Positions 13,506 to 23,686 are shown, counted from the stretch's first letter. The stretch: 64,000 nucleotides of DNA from an uncultured Candidatus Rokubacteria bacterium (GCA_963747235.1 CAVVEU010000033.1:96001-160000), one strand, 5' to 3'. Numbers and translations: made by a program. The notes: a model not told the origin generated them from the letters alone.

Positions 13506-14869
13506 TCACCCGCGAAGGGTGTCGTAGATTTCCTTGATCTTCTTGTCCTCCCAGTCGATGGCCTGATCCACCGACCACTTGTCCACGATCACCTTGGCGG
13601 GCGCGTCGGTGAGCACGTTGCTCGCCTGCACCTCCGCGGCGGCCGCGGTGACCGGGCCGGGGAAGCCGGTGGGCACGAACCACTCCGCGGCCCGGCCGAA
13701 CGTGCGGTAGTTCTCGTTCTTGTTGAAGTAGTCCTTGGACGCGTCGCGCGCCTTGGACATCACGGGCGCGAACTGCCCGTAGGAATCCTTCATGACCGAC
13801 ACCGTCTCCTCGGGGGAGAGCATGTGCGCGATCAGGCTCATCGCCGCCTCCGGATCCTTGGTGCTCTTGAAGATGCCGAAGCTCATCGCGATCGCCCACA
13901 TGCGCCGGCCGTCGGGCCCGGCCGGGTGCGGCAGCGCCACGTGGTTGGCGATCGCCTCCTCGCGCGTCTTCCGCTCCTTGGCGTCGGTGGCCTTGGCCAG
14001 CGCGTTCTCCAGCGCGAAGGTGATGCTGGGCCCGTTCGAGGTCTGCGCGATGTTCTTGGCGATGAAGTTCTCGTTGTTGCCGGAGCCGGTCCAGGTCAGC
14101 GTGTCGGCGGGCTGGATGCCGTCCTTGTAGATGTCGGTGGCCCACTTCATGGCCGCCTGCATCTGCGACGTCTTGATGGACTTGTACTTGCCGTCCTTGC
14201 CCGCCCAGCCCGCGCCGTAGGAGTACATCAGGCTCTGCATCACGCCGTAGCCGTCCGAGGTGCGGTTCCAGCTCTGGCCCATGCCGTAGAAGTTGTCCTT
14301 GGGCCGGTTGAGCGCGGCGGCGGCCTGCTTGGCCTCCTCGAAGGTGTTGGGCAGCTTCACCTTGCCCTTCTCGAAGACGTCGCGCCACACGTACCAGAAC
14401 CCGGCCATCACGTACCACGGCAGCGCGTAGATCTTGTCGCCGATCATGGTGACCGGCGCCACGTTGGCGGGCGGCTTGCCCACCTGCGCCCTCGATCTGG
14501 CGCGCGAAGGACGTGAGGTCGACGAGCTGGCCCATGCCCGCTGAAGCGCGCGGGCGCGCCCGTCTCGAGCTGGCCCACGTCGGGGGTGCTCTTGTTCTCG
14601 ATGGCCGCCACGTACTTCGTCTGCATGTCCTCGAAGGTGAAGTACTCCACCGTCACGCTGGCCCCGTGCTTCTGCGCCCAGCGCTGGGCGCTCGCCTCGA
14701 TGGCCTTGTTGGTGGGCTCCACGTAGGTCTTGAGGATCCAGAGGCGAAGGCTGGTGCCCTTCTTGACCGCGGGGCCCTGGGCGCGCGCCGACTTGGGCAG
14801 CGTGAGCAGGGCGGAAGTCCCGGCGGCCCCGGCGAGGAGTGAGCGGCGGCTGATGCGCTGATCGGGCAT
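13506..14869 (-). CDS. Carbohydrate ABC substrate-binding protein, Tat-exported (frameshifts 14485-14545)
   Basis: SRRSLL twin-arginine leader in ORF 14444..14869, continuing into ORF 13506..14483; SBP family 1 features. Confidence 0.8.
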
Positions 14870-14991
14870 GTGTGGTCCCCCTTGATCGTCTTTGATCCGG
14901 ACGCGCTCCGAATGTCGGTCACCCGCGCCCCCCTGTCAAGGGCGGAGTGCCACCGGTTCGTGCTAACCTTTCGAGCAAGGAGATTCGCTCC

Positions 14992-15890
14992 ATGCTCTCG
15001 CCCGCCGACGTGAAGTTCTACCGGGATCAGGGCTATCTCGTGGTTCCCGACGTGCTCGACGCCGCCACGCTCGGTGCGATCCGCGCCGAGCTCGCGCGCA
15101 TCCTCGACGGCGCGCGCGCGGTGACCACGCACACCGACCGCTACGATCTGGAGCCGGGCCATCGTCCGGACGACCCGCGGGTGCGGCGCATCAAGCAGCC
15201 GCATCGCTTCTACCCGGTCTTCCAGGACCTCATGCGGCACCCGCGCCTGCTCGCGGTGCTGCAGGGCCTCCTCGGCCGGGACGTCCGGCTGCACGGCTCC
15301 AAGATCAATCTCAAGTCGCCGCGCTACGGCTCGCCGGTGGAGTGGCACCAGGACTGGGCCTTCTACCCGCACACCAACGACGACCTGCTCGCGGTGGGCG
15401 TGATGCTCGACGACTGCACCAGCGACAACGGCCCGCTCCTGGTGGTGCCGGGCAGCCACCGCGGCCCGATCTTCGACCACCACGGCGACACGGGCGGCTA
15501 TTTCTGCGGCGCCATCGACCCGGCCGCGATTCGCGACGAGATCGCGCGGGCGGTGCCGCTCACCGGGCGCGCGGGCTCGATGAGCTTCCATCACGTGCGG
15601 CTCGTGCACGGATCGGCCCAGAACGTGTCGAGCCTGCCCCGCACCCTGCTGCTCTACGAATACGGCGCCGCCGACGCCTGGCCGCATCATGGGCGTCGCG
15701 GATCTCGCCGAGTTCGACAGCCGTCTGATCACCGGCGAGCCGACCATCGAGCCCCGGATGGTGCCGGCGCCGGTGCGCCTGCCCCTGCCGCCCGCGCTGC
15801 GACCAGGGCTCGATCTACGAGAACCAGTCGGACGCGGGGCGACGCTACTTCCCCGTCACCGACGAGCCGGCCCCCACTCCCCGGACCTGA
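14992..15890 (+). CDS. Phytanoyl-CoA dioxygenase (PhyH) family protein (frameshifts near 15687 and 15800)
   Basis: FYRDQGYLVV, WHQDWAFYP, NGPLLVVPGSH, SFHHVRLVHGS; reconstructed tail QGSIYENQ...PRT-TGA at 15890. Confidence 0.85.
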
Positions 15891-15922
15891 CCCCAGCGGG
15901 GGCGACCCCAGCGGAGGCACCT

Positions 15923-16528
15923 ATGGACGCGCGCGATCTTCTCCTCGACGAGCACGGCCGCATGCACGCCGCCAGCGTCACCGGCGAGAAGGGCACCCTG
16001 GCCGAGCGGACCTTCGGCGGCCTGACCGACGAGCAGATGCGGGTGCGCCCGCGCGAGGACCTCAACTCGCTGGCGTGGCTCATGTGGCACATCGCCCGCG
16101 CCGAGGACATCTTCTCCAACATCATCCTGAGCGGGCGCAACCAGGTCGTGGACGACGGATGGCTCGCGCGCCTCAAGATCTCGCGGCCCGACTTCGGCAT
16201 CGGCATGACCAAGCCGGAGGTCGCCGAGCTCACCTCGCAGGTGGACGTCACCGCCCTGCGCGATTACCGGGACGCGGTCGGCCGCCGGACCCAGGAGGTC
16301 ATCCGCGGCTTCGGGCCGTCGGACTGGCAGGGCGAGCTGCAGGCCCCCGCGCTCGAGAAGGCGGCCGCCCTGGGCTGCTTCGGCCCCAACGGCGCGATGG
16401 TCGCGAAGGCCTTCACCGGCCGGCCGCGCGTCGGCATCCTGGGCGGCCTGCTCGTCACCCACGCCGCCATGCACATGGGCGAGGCCCAGACGGTGCGCAC
16501 CGCGGGCGGCTTCGGCTCCGGCATCTAG
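15923..16528 (+). CDS. DinB family protein
   Basis: LTDEQMRVRP, NSLAWLMWHIARAED, C-terminal HAAMHMGE (HxxxH); GGAGG RBS. Confidence 0.8.
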   Translation: MDARDLLLDEHGRMHAASVTGEKGTLAERTFGGLTDEQMRVRPREDLNSLAWLMWHIARAEDIFSNIILSGRNQVVDDGWLARLKISRPDFGIGMTKPEVAELTSQVDVTALRDYRDAVGRRTQEVIRGFGPSDWQGELQAPALEKAAALGCFGPNGAMVAKAFTGRPRVGILGGLLVTHAAMHMGEAQTVRTAGGFGSGI

Positions 16529-16620
16529 CAGGTCGCCGATAAGGGCCCATCTGCTTCGTCGGCGCCCATCGCCGCTCGTGGAGGAGCGCCTCGCGAGGGC
16601 GGCCGTCGAGGCCCCCGACG
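16529..16620. repeat. Degenerate REP/MITE-like extragenic element
   Basis: GGCCCATCTGCTTCGTCGGCGCCC...CGCCTCGCG...GGCCGTCG resembles a recalled multi-copy extragenic repeat of similar genomes; single copy here, unverified. Confidence 0.3.
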
Positions 16621-16635
16621 ATCGGATCGGAAGCT

Positions 16636-17925
16636 TTAGCGGCGCCAGACTCCGGTGTCTTCGGGCGGGGCCACGCGGAACAGGCGCTTGAAGGCGATGA
16701 TCGTGAAGAAGAGCTGGATGCGCAGCCGCGTGCCGAGGGTCGGGCGCCAGTTCCCGGAGAGCGCGGAGAGCACGGCCTCGTAGATCCCGAGCCGCCGCGA
16801 GCGCCGGAACAGCAGCCGGCGGAAGTACGGGTCGTAGAAGCCCACCACGAAGCGTCGGAAATAGCGGTAGCGCTTCCGCACGATCCGCTCGTAGCGCGCG
16901 AAGCGTTGCGCCGAGAGGTCGCCCGCCCGCAGCCCCGCGTCGATCGCGGCCGCCGCCTCGAGCCCGCCCTGCATGGCCAGGAGCACGCCGGTCGAGAAGA
17001 TCGGGTCGAGGAAGGCGCCCGAGTCGCCTACCGCGACCCAGCGATCGCCCGCGATCCGGGTCGCCAGGTAGGAGTAGTCGGCGTCGAAGCGCGCCGGCGA
17101 CACGCGGCGCGCGTCCTGGAGCACCTTCGGCGACGCCGGCGTGGTGCGGAGATAGTGGTCGAGACTCTCCTCCGCGGTGGCCTTCGCCTCCCGGCGGTGG
17201 AGCTCCGTGGGCACCACCGCGCCCACGCTCATCACCGTCTCCGAGATCGGGATCAGCCAGATCCATCCGACGTCGGGCCGCGTGAGCACGCGGATGTCGC
17301 CGGCCGGGCGGCCCTCGGCGCGCGGGACGCCCTCGTACTGGGCGTGCACCGCGATCTGCTGCAGCACCGGATCGTGCTCGTGGCGGCCGAGCTTGCGGGC
17401 CAGGAAGCCGGCGCGGCCGGACGCGTCCACGAGCGCCGCGACCCGCGTGGTCTGCTCGACGCCGTCGGGCCCCGCGTAGCGCAGGGTGACGCCGTCGGGC
17501 TCGAAGACCGCGTCCACCGCGCGGTGCCCTTCCCGCACGATGACGCCCGACTGCTCGGCGTGGCGCAGCAGCAGCTCGTCCCAGCGCGCCCGCGGGACCT
17601 GGAAGGTCTGCGGCATCGGCGACTCCACCGCGGCGGTGAAGTCCACGTAGGAGGCCGGCGTGCCGTCGATCTCCCAGAAGCTCGCGCCCCACTTCTCCAC
17701 GAAGCCGGCCTTGGCGATCGTGTCGTGCGCGCCCAGCTCCTCCAGCACGCCGTTGATCCACGGGAGCTGCGACTCGCCGATGTGGAAGCGCGGAAACCGG
17801 TCGCGCTCCAGCAGGAGCACGCGGCGCCCACACCGCGCGAGCGCGGTGGCGGTGCTCGAGCCGCCCGGTCCGCCACCGATCACCGCCACGTCGAATTGCT
17901 GTTCGGTTCCGCTCTCGAGGGCCAT
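16636..17925 (-). CDS. FAD-dependent oxidoreductase, flavin-dependent halogenase family (PltA/CndH-like)
   Basis: GGGPGG, FPRFHIGES, GFVEKWGA (candidate catalytic Lys), DASGR, WIWLIP (WxWxIP), FLDPIFSTG. Confidence 0.8.
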   Translation of the reverse strand: MALESGTEQQFDVAVIGGGPGGSSTATALARCGRRVLLLERDRFPRFHIGESQLPWINGVLEELGAHDTIAKAGFVEKWGASFWEIDGTPASYVDFTAAVESPMPQTFQVPRARWDELLLRHAEQSGVIVREGHRAVDAVFEPDGVTLRYAGPDGVEQTTRVAALVDASGRAGFLARKLGRHEHDPVLQQIAVHAQYEGVPRAEGRPAGDIRVLTRPDVGWIWLIPISETVMSVGAVVPTELHRREAKATAEESLDHYLRTTPASPKVLQDARRVSPARFDADYSYLATRIAGDRWVAVGDSGAFLDPIFSTGVLLAMQGGLEAAAAIDAGLRAGDLSAQRFARYERIVRKRYRYFRRFVVGFYDPYFRRLLFRRSRRLGIYEAVLSALSGNWRPTLGTRLRIQLFFTIIAFKRLFRVAPPEDTGVWRR

Positions 17926-17984
17926 GGGGCCCCTAGCATACCCCTTGACGTGCCGGCGCTTTCGGCCGATTCTCGGCCGCGCCC

Positions 17985-18992
17985 ATGAAGTTCGACATCG
18001 GCATCCTCGCGAGCCAGCCGCTGCCGGTCATCGTCCGCCAGGTCCAGCTCGCGGAGTCGCTCGGCTTCGATACCGCGTGGATCACCGACACCCACCTGGT
18101 CTGCCGCGAGCTCTGGGTCACGCTGACCGCGTGCGCGACCGCGACCTCGCGCATCCGGCTCGGGCCCGGCATCACGGTGCCGCACACGCGCCACATCTCG
18201 GTGACCGCCAGCGCCATCGCCACGCTCCACGAGCTCGCGCCCGGGCGCCTGGTCCTGGGCGTCGGGACCGGCGGCAGCGCATCCGAGACGATGGGGCTCT
18301 CGGTCGCCAAGACCGCGCGCGTCGCCACGCTCGAGTCCATGGCGCACGCGCTCAAGCATCTCCTGCGCGGCGAATCCATCCGGCTGGACACCGGGACGGA
18401 TGCGCGTCTGGCCTGGCTGCCCCAGCCCGTCGATATCCCGCTCTACCTGGCCGGCTCCGGCCCGCGCATGCTCGACGCCGCCGGCCGCCTGGGCGACGGC
18501 GCCATCATGTACTCGGGCGTCGCCCCCTGGCTGCTGGACGCCGCCCTCGCCTGCGTCCACGCCGGCGCCAAGACCGCCGGCCGCACCCCCGCCGACGTCG
18601 ACATCGCGATCTGGGCTCCGACGTCGATCGCGTCCGACCGCGCGCTCGCCCGCGACCACGTCCGCGGCCGCGTCGCCTCCGCCCTCCGCCACGCCTTCCC
18701 GGTGAAATGGAGCCCGGAGGACCAGGCCGTCATCGACCAGGTCCGCGCCGCCTACGACTCCTACCAGCACGCCACCGCCGCCTCGAAGCACCGCCTCCTG
18801 ATCACCGACCGCTTCGTGGACCTGATGGCCCTGGCCGGCACCCCCGACGACGTACGCGAACAAGTACAGCGCGTGGCCGGAGTCGGCGGCGTGAACCGCA
18901 TCATCCTGCTCCCGCAGGTCCCCGGCCAGGACTTCGTCGAGCGCGAGCAGGTCCTGCGGCTCTTCGCCGAGCAGGTGATGGCGCGCCTCTAG
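17985..18992 (+). CDS. LLM class oxidoreductase (Mer-like)
   Basis: AESLGFDTAWITD, IRLGPGIT, GRLVLGVGTG, IPLYLAGSGPRML, AGRLGDG. Confidence 0.88.
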   Translation: MKFDIGILASQPLPVIVRQVQLAESLGFDTAWITDTHLVCRELWVTLTACATATSRIRLGPGITVPHTRHISVTASAIATLHELAPGRLVLGVGTGGSASETMGLSVAKTARVATLESMAHALKHLLRGESIRLDTGTDARLAWLPQPVDIPLYLAGSGPRMLDAAGRLGDGAIMYSGVAPWLLDAALACVHAGAKTAGRTPADVDIAIWAPTSIASDRALARDHVRGRVASALRHAFPVKWSPEDQAVIDQVRAAYDSYQHATAASKHRLLITDRFVDLMALAGTPDDVREQVQRVAGVGGVNRIILLPQVPGQDFVEREQVLRLFAEQVMARL

Positions 18993-19013
18993 CGTGACCC
19001 TCCCCTAGCGCGA

Positions 19014-19190
19014 TCCCGTCCCGGGAGGCGGCGGGCGGGGTGGCAGGGGGATCTCTGACCACGACCCGCTGTCTCGTCTTCCGCAGTCAGGAGTTCCCAA
19101 TCCGGGATCGGGAGACTCCTGGCTGCACGACGGCGGGGAACGGGTCAACCGATCCCCCTGCCGCCCCGCCCGCCGCCTCCCGGGACGGGA
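19014..19190 (+). repeat. 177-bp long imperfect hairpin element (40-bp arms plus nested stems)
   Basis: Arms 19014-19053 / 19151-19190 with one G-T; inner TGACC/GGTCA, CCCGCTGTC/GACGGCGGG, GCAGTCAGGAGT/ACTCCTGGCTGC. Confidence 0.85.
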
Positions 19191-19206
19191 CCCCGGCAGG
19201 AGAACC

Positions 19207-19793
19207 TCAGCGCGAGCGAGCGCCCCAGAGGCCTTTCGTCGCGAGGCCTTCGAAGTAGTGGCCGTAGACGTGGAGCAGCGACGTCTGGAAGAGGATCCAG
19301 GCGCGGCTGCGGCCGCCGGCCCAGAACTCGGTGAGCCACGGCGCGCTCGGATCCACTGCGCCCTCGGCGGTGCACACGTGCTTCACGCGTTCGGCCGGGG
19401 ACCAGCGCCTCGAGGTCGAGGCTTCCGCAGCAGCGGTACCGCGTCCAGCGTGGCGCGCGTCACCGCGCGGCAGTAGCCGCGGAGCTGCTCCACGTCCACC
19501 GCGGCGCAGAGCGCGTCCACCTGCGCGTCGTCCATGCCGGTGCCGACGTCGCGGCGCTCGACGCGCAGGCGCTGCGGCCAGCCCGCGTCGAGGACCTGCG
19601 GGCGGTCGAGGATGAAGCGGTTCACGCAGACGTCCTCGATCCGCATCGCGTGCCAGATGAGCCAGGCCACCGGGTTGGCGCCGGGCACCGGACGGCCACG
19701 CACCTGGGCTTCGGTCAGCCCAGCGACCAGGTCGTCGGCGAGGAAGGTGTGCACGGACTCGTAGCGCAACAGCCAGAGATCGATGGCGTCCAT
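19207..19793 (-). CDS. DinB family protein (frameshift near 19420)
   Basis: LTEAQVRGRP, NPVAWLIWHAMRIED; second frame ends LLHVYGHYFEG...; paralog of 15923. Confidence 0.75.
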
Positions 19794-19810
19794 CTGGCGA
19801 GCTCGCGCGG

Positions 19811-20729
19811 TTAGCGCAGGGTCTGACGATCGAGGTCGAAGGCGCGCTCGGCCAGGCTCGACAGCATGCGCCACGCCTGCTCGTGATTGCGCGAGCCCTC
19901 GATGTCGTCGGCGAAGGTGTCGAGGCAGACGTACGGCGCGCCCAGCTTCTCGAGCTCCGCGAAGTCGCGCCGCACCTGGTCCATGGTCCCCTCACCGGCC
20001 AGCCGCGTCTCCTCGGGCATCGGGGAATCGGTCAGGCGCAGGCGGATGCGCGGGCAGAGCGCGGGCACCGGGCGGCCCTCCTTCTCGGCGATGGCCCGGA
20101 GCTTCGGCATGCCCTCGTCGCGCAGGAACGCGATGCGGCTGCGGATCGGGTGCCAGGCGTCGCCGTGGCGCACGGTGCGCCGCAGGGCGGCCTCGCTCGA
20201 GCCGCCCACCCAGATCGGCGGGTGCGGGCGCTGCAGCGGGCGCGGCGCGGTGTAGATGTCCTTGAACGACACGAAGCGGCCCTGGTAGCTCGCCACGTCC
20301 TGGGTCCAGGCGGCCTTGAGCGCGCCGATGTAGTCGTCGGTCATCGCTCCCCGCTTCTCGAACGGCAGGCCGAGCACCTCGAACTCCTGCCGGGCCCAGC
20401 CCACCCCGATGCCGAAGATGAGCCGGCCGCCGCTGATCCGGTCCAGGGTGGCCACCATGCGGGCGGTCTCGAGCGGATGCCGGTAGGGCACGCACGATCA
20501 CGGTGAAGCCCAGCTCCACCCGGCGGGTCAGCCCGGCGAGCCAGCCGAGCGTGGTGAACGGATCGTAGAACGGCGCCGGATAGCGGCCCTGCACGTCGGA
20601 CGTGATCGTCACGTGGTCGCCGAGCATCATGAAGTGGTAGCCCACGGTCTCGGCGAAGCCGGCCCAGCGCGCGAGCGCGTCCTCGCTCGCGCCCGGGCCG
20701 AAGGTGATGAGGTTGACGCCGATCTTCAT
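19811..20729 (-). CDS. LLM class, probable F420-dependent oxidoreductase (frameshift near 20492)
   Basis: GDHVT, YDPFTTLGWLAG, PYRHPL, LDRISGGRLIFGIGVGW, PHPPIWVGG, GDAWHP. Confidence 0.85.
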
Positions 20730-21154
20730 CGGGCCGGCGGCGTCTCCATCCGCCGGGCCGCCGCCGAGGTGCTCGGCCCCAGGAACTCGACCATGTTGCC
20801 GTCCGGATCCTTGACGAAGAGCTGGCGCAGGCCGGTGGGGCCCGAGATGACGTCGCGGCAGACGAGCCCCAGCTCCTCGATGCGCCGCGCGGTCCCGTCC
20901 ACGTCCTCCGTCCAGAGCGCGAAGTGCGGATACCGCGCCACGATCTTCTCCCGCTCGGTCGCGGGGCGCACGAGCTGATCGTTCAGGATGATGTGGAGCT
21001 GCAGGTCGCCGCCCAGGCTGTACCAGATGCCCGGGAAGTCGAAGGCGGGGCGCGGGATCTCCTGGAATCCCAGCACGCCGGTGTAGAAGTCGCGCGCCTT
21101 GGTGACGTCGGTGACGGTGATGCTCACGTGGCTCAGGATCTTGAACAGGCTCAT
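20726..21154 (-). CDS. VOC/glyoxalase family protein
   Basis: LSHVSITVTD, FYTGVLG, HFAL, FVKDPDGNMVE. Confidence 0.9.
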   Translation of the reverse strand: MSLFKILSHVSITVTDVTKARDFYTGVLGFQEIPRPAFDFPGIWYSLGGDLQLHIILNDQLVRPATEREKIVARYPHFALWTEDVDGTARRIEELGLVCRDVISGPTGLRQLFVKDPDGNMVEFLGPSTSAAARRMETPPAR

Positions 21155-22491
21155 GTCGGGTCTCCTCCGTCGTAGAGCTCGCGGCGGGCGATGCCGCGCT
21201 GGAAGGCCAGGTAGCCCTGGCGGGTCATGGGCGGCCGCGGGCCCGCGAGCACCTCGCGCGCGCCCGCGGCGCCGTCGGCGAGCAGATCCACCGCCATCGC
21301 GGCGAGGGCCTTGGCCGGCTGCACGTAGCCGAGGTCCGGGTCCGTGATCGCGAAGTCGGCGGAGTGGCCCGGGCCCCGGGCGCCGCCCATGTAGGGATGC
21401 AGCACCGGCATCACCTGGCTCAGGTCGCCCATGTCCGTCGAGCCGGAGCGATGCGGGATGTCGCGGTAGTGCTCGGGGCCGACCAGGCCGCGCGCGGTGC
21501 CCTCGAAGAGCCGCGCCATCGCGCGGTCGCAGAGGAGCGGCATCGGCCCCGGCAGCGTGTCGATCTCGACCCGCGCGCCCAGCGCGAGGGCGCCCGCGCG
21601 GAGCGCGCGATCGACCTTACGGCTCGCGTCGGCCACGCCTTCGGCGGTCTTGCCGCGCACGTACATCTCGAGCCGCGCCTCGCCGGGGATCACGTTCACC
21701 TGCGAGCCGCCGTGGGTGAGGATCGGGTGCACGCGGATCGAGTCCTCGTCGCGGAACGTCTCGCGGACCGCGTTGATGCCGGCCAGCGCGACCTGCGCGG
21801 CGTAGAGCGCGTTGACGCCCATGTGGGGCGCGCCGCCCGCGTGCGCGGCGCGGCCGATGAAGCGCGCGGTCTTGCCGACGCGGCCGTTGTTGGAGGCGGG
21901 CACGCCCGCCTTGCCGTCCTCCGCGCGCCAGTTGGTGTGGATCATCATGGCCAGGTCCACGTCGTCGAAGTGGCCGAGGCGCATCAGCTCCTGCTTGCCG
22001 CAGGGGAACTCGAGGCGGCCGGCCCGGATCTGCTCCTGGCGCCACTCGATGTCGCCGCCCTCCTCGGCGGGGACCGCGAAGAACACCACGCGGCCCGCGA
22101 GGTGATCGAAGGCGCCCGCGTCCACGAGGCCCATCGCGGCGCCGAGCATCCCGGCCACCTGCGCGTTGTGGCCGCACGCGTGCGCCGCGCCGGTCTGCGG
22201 ATCGGCCTCCGGGTGCCCGGTGACCCGCAGGCCGTCGAGCTCGCCGATCAGCGCGAAGGTCGGCCCGTCGCCCGCGCGGCCCTGGGCCTCGCCGCGCACG
22301 CCGGTCAGCGCGAGGCCGGTCCGGGGCGCCATGCCGAGGCGGCCGAGCGTGGCCTCGACCAGCGCCGCCGTCTTCACTTCCTTGAAGCCCATCTCGGGCT
22401 GCTTCCGGATGCGCTCGCCGAGGCCGACGATCTCCTCGGCGCGCCGATCGATCGCCGCGAATACCTTGCGCTTCAGCTCATCCCGGGTCAT
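21151..22491 (-). CDS. M20 family amidohydrolase (AbgB/Acy1L2-like)
   Basis: PEMGFKE, GELDGL, AHACGHN, AVPAEE, GRAAHAG, GSTDMGD. Confidence 0.9.
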   Translation of the reverse strand: MTRDELKRKVFAAIDRRAEEIVGLGERIRKQPEMGFKEVKTAALVEATLGRLGMAPRTGLALTGVRGEAQGRAGDGPTFALIGELDGLRVTGHPEADPQTGAAHACGHNAQVAGMLGAAMGLVDAGAFDHLAGRVVFFAVPAEEGGDIEWRQEQIRAGRLEFPCGKQELMRLGHFDDVDLAMMIHTNWRAEDGKAGVPASNNGRVGKTARFIGRAAHAGGAPHMGVNALYAAQVALAGINAVRETFRDEDSIRVHPILTHGGSQVNVIPGEARLEMYVRGKTAEGVADASRKVDRALRAGALALGARVEIDTLPGPMPLLCDRAMARLFEGTARGLVGPEHYRDIPHRSGSTDMGDLSQVMPVLHPYMGGARGPGHSADFAITDPDLGYVQPAKALAAMAVDLLADGAAGAREVLAGPRPPMTRQGYLAFQRGIARRELYDGGDPT

Positions 22492-22677
22492 GGCAGAGGG
22501 ATGCTAGCCGATTCCGCGAGCCGTCGCCAGTGAGAGAAAATCAGGCGCTCCGCCGGGATGTGCCCTCCCGCTGAGCGCTCGGGGCCGTGCGCGCCGCGCG
22601 CCCTCCGGTCGACGCGCCCCCGCTAAGTCGCCATGACGCAACACGGAACCGGCGCGCGGCGGCGCGCGCGGGGTTTC

Positions 22678-22693
22678 TGGCACGATCGCTGCA
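22678..22693 (+). promoter_or_regulatory. sigma54 (-24/-12) promoter
   Basis: TGGCACGATCGCTGCA: GG-N10-GC with TGGCACG consensus, ~100 bp before GTG 22791. Confidence 0.7.
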
Positions 22694-22790
22694 TTTTCGC
22701 TGCTCGGAAGCGTCAGGGCGGGCTTCCGACCGAGCGCCGTCGCTTGAGGCAGTGAGCGACGGCGTTTCTCTTTTCACGAGGAGGAATCGT

Positions 22791-23108
22791 GTGACCGACG
22801 TGATCAGCGACGTGGTGGGCGTGATGATCGGGCTCGGCCCGGTGGTGGCCGCGCTCCTGTGGTGCGACCTGAGCGATCGGTTCGGGCACCGGGCGAACCG
22901 CGTGGGCGCGGAGATCCGCGCGACCGCGAACCGCGTGCTCGGCGGCGAATCCATGCTGGCGGTTCGCGTGCAGCCGGCGATGGCGTGGCGTCCCGGCCGC
23001 GTGCATCTCTCGGCCCCCGGCGGCTACGAGTTCCTGATCGCGAGCGTCTCGGGCGCGGTCATCAATCGCCTCCCCCACAACTACGAGCTCGTCGTCCACC
23101 GCGGCTGA
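22791..23108 (+). CDS. Hypothetical small membrane-anchored protein (105 aa)
   Basis: GAGGAGG RBS then GTG; N-terminal hydrophobic helix VVGVMIGLGPVVAALLW. Confidence 0.6.
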   Translation: MTDVISDVVGVMIGLGPVVAALLWCDLSDRFGHRANRVGAEIRATANRVLGGESMLAVRVQPAMAWRPGRVHLSAPGGYEFLIASVSGAVINRLPHNYELVVHRG

Positions 23109-23139
23109 ATCCGGCGGGCGATCGAGCAGGAGAATCCCG

Positions 23140-23625
23140 ATGGCGAAGCGCATCCTGATGGTGATCACGCCCGAGACACCCGCCGATCTCCGCAGCGCGG
23201 CCCGCAGCGCGGCGGTGGTGGCGCGAGACAGCGGGGGCCAGATCCGCATGGTCTTCGTCCGCCCGATCCCGCCACCACGCATGGACCACCACGATCGGCT
23301 CGTCGCCGACCCGGACGCGGAGATGGCGCGGCTCGCCGCCCTCGCCGAGGCCCGGATGGACGCGCTCGACTCCGAGTTCGGCGACGTCCCGGTCGAGTCG
23401 CGGGTTCGCTTCGGTCACCTCGCGAGCGAGCTCCGCATCGAGGCCGAGAGCTTCGGGGCCGACCTGATCGGCCTCGCCGCGCCCGCCCGGCCCGGGCCGC
23501 GGCATCAGCTCCGCGCCTGGTATCTCGGGGCCACACTATCCGCGCCGGTGGTCCTGCTGCCGCTGGTTCCGGATGACGCGGCCGATCGGCGCCGCGGGTC
23601 GGTGGTCCTGCCCGCGTTCCGGTAA
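23140..23625 (+). CDS. Universal stress protein (UspA)-like
   Basis: MAKRILMV, VESRVRFGH, AESFGADLI, PVVLL fit the USP pattern; AGGAG RBS. Confidence 0.7.
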   Translation: MAKRILMVITPETPADLRSAARSAAVVARDSGGQIRMVFVRPIPPPRMDHHDRLVADPDAEMARLAALAEARMDALDSEFGDVPVESRVRFGHLASELRIEAESFGADLIGLAAPARPGPRHQLRAWYLGATLSAPVVLLPLVPDDAADRRRGSVVLPAFR

Positions 23626-23659
23626 GGCTTGCCCGGTAGATTCTGCCGGGCGCCACCAC

Positions 23660-23686
23660 AAGTCACGCGCGAAAGGCGCGTGATTT
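23660..23686 (+). terminator. Hairpin after USP gene
   Basis: AAGTCACGCGC-GAAAG-GCGCGTGATTT. Confidence 0.4.

Noticed and set aside
15889-15918. Two-copy 15-bp tandem repeat GACCCCAGCGG(G/A)GGC
   Set aside because: Only two units, the second carrying the RBS; a local duplication, not a CRISPR or iteron array.
19014-19190. 6S RNA or SRP RNA call for the long hairpin
   Set aside because: Length fits 6S, but no SRP GGAA-loop motif or recognisable 6S conserved sequence was seen and the outer stem is nearly perfect; left unassigned.
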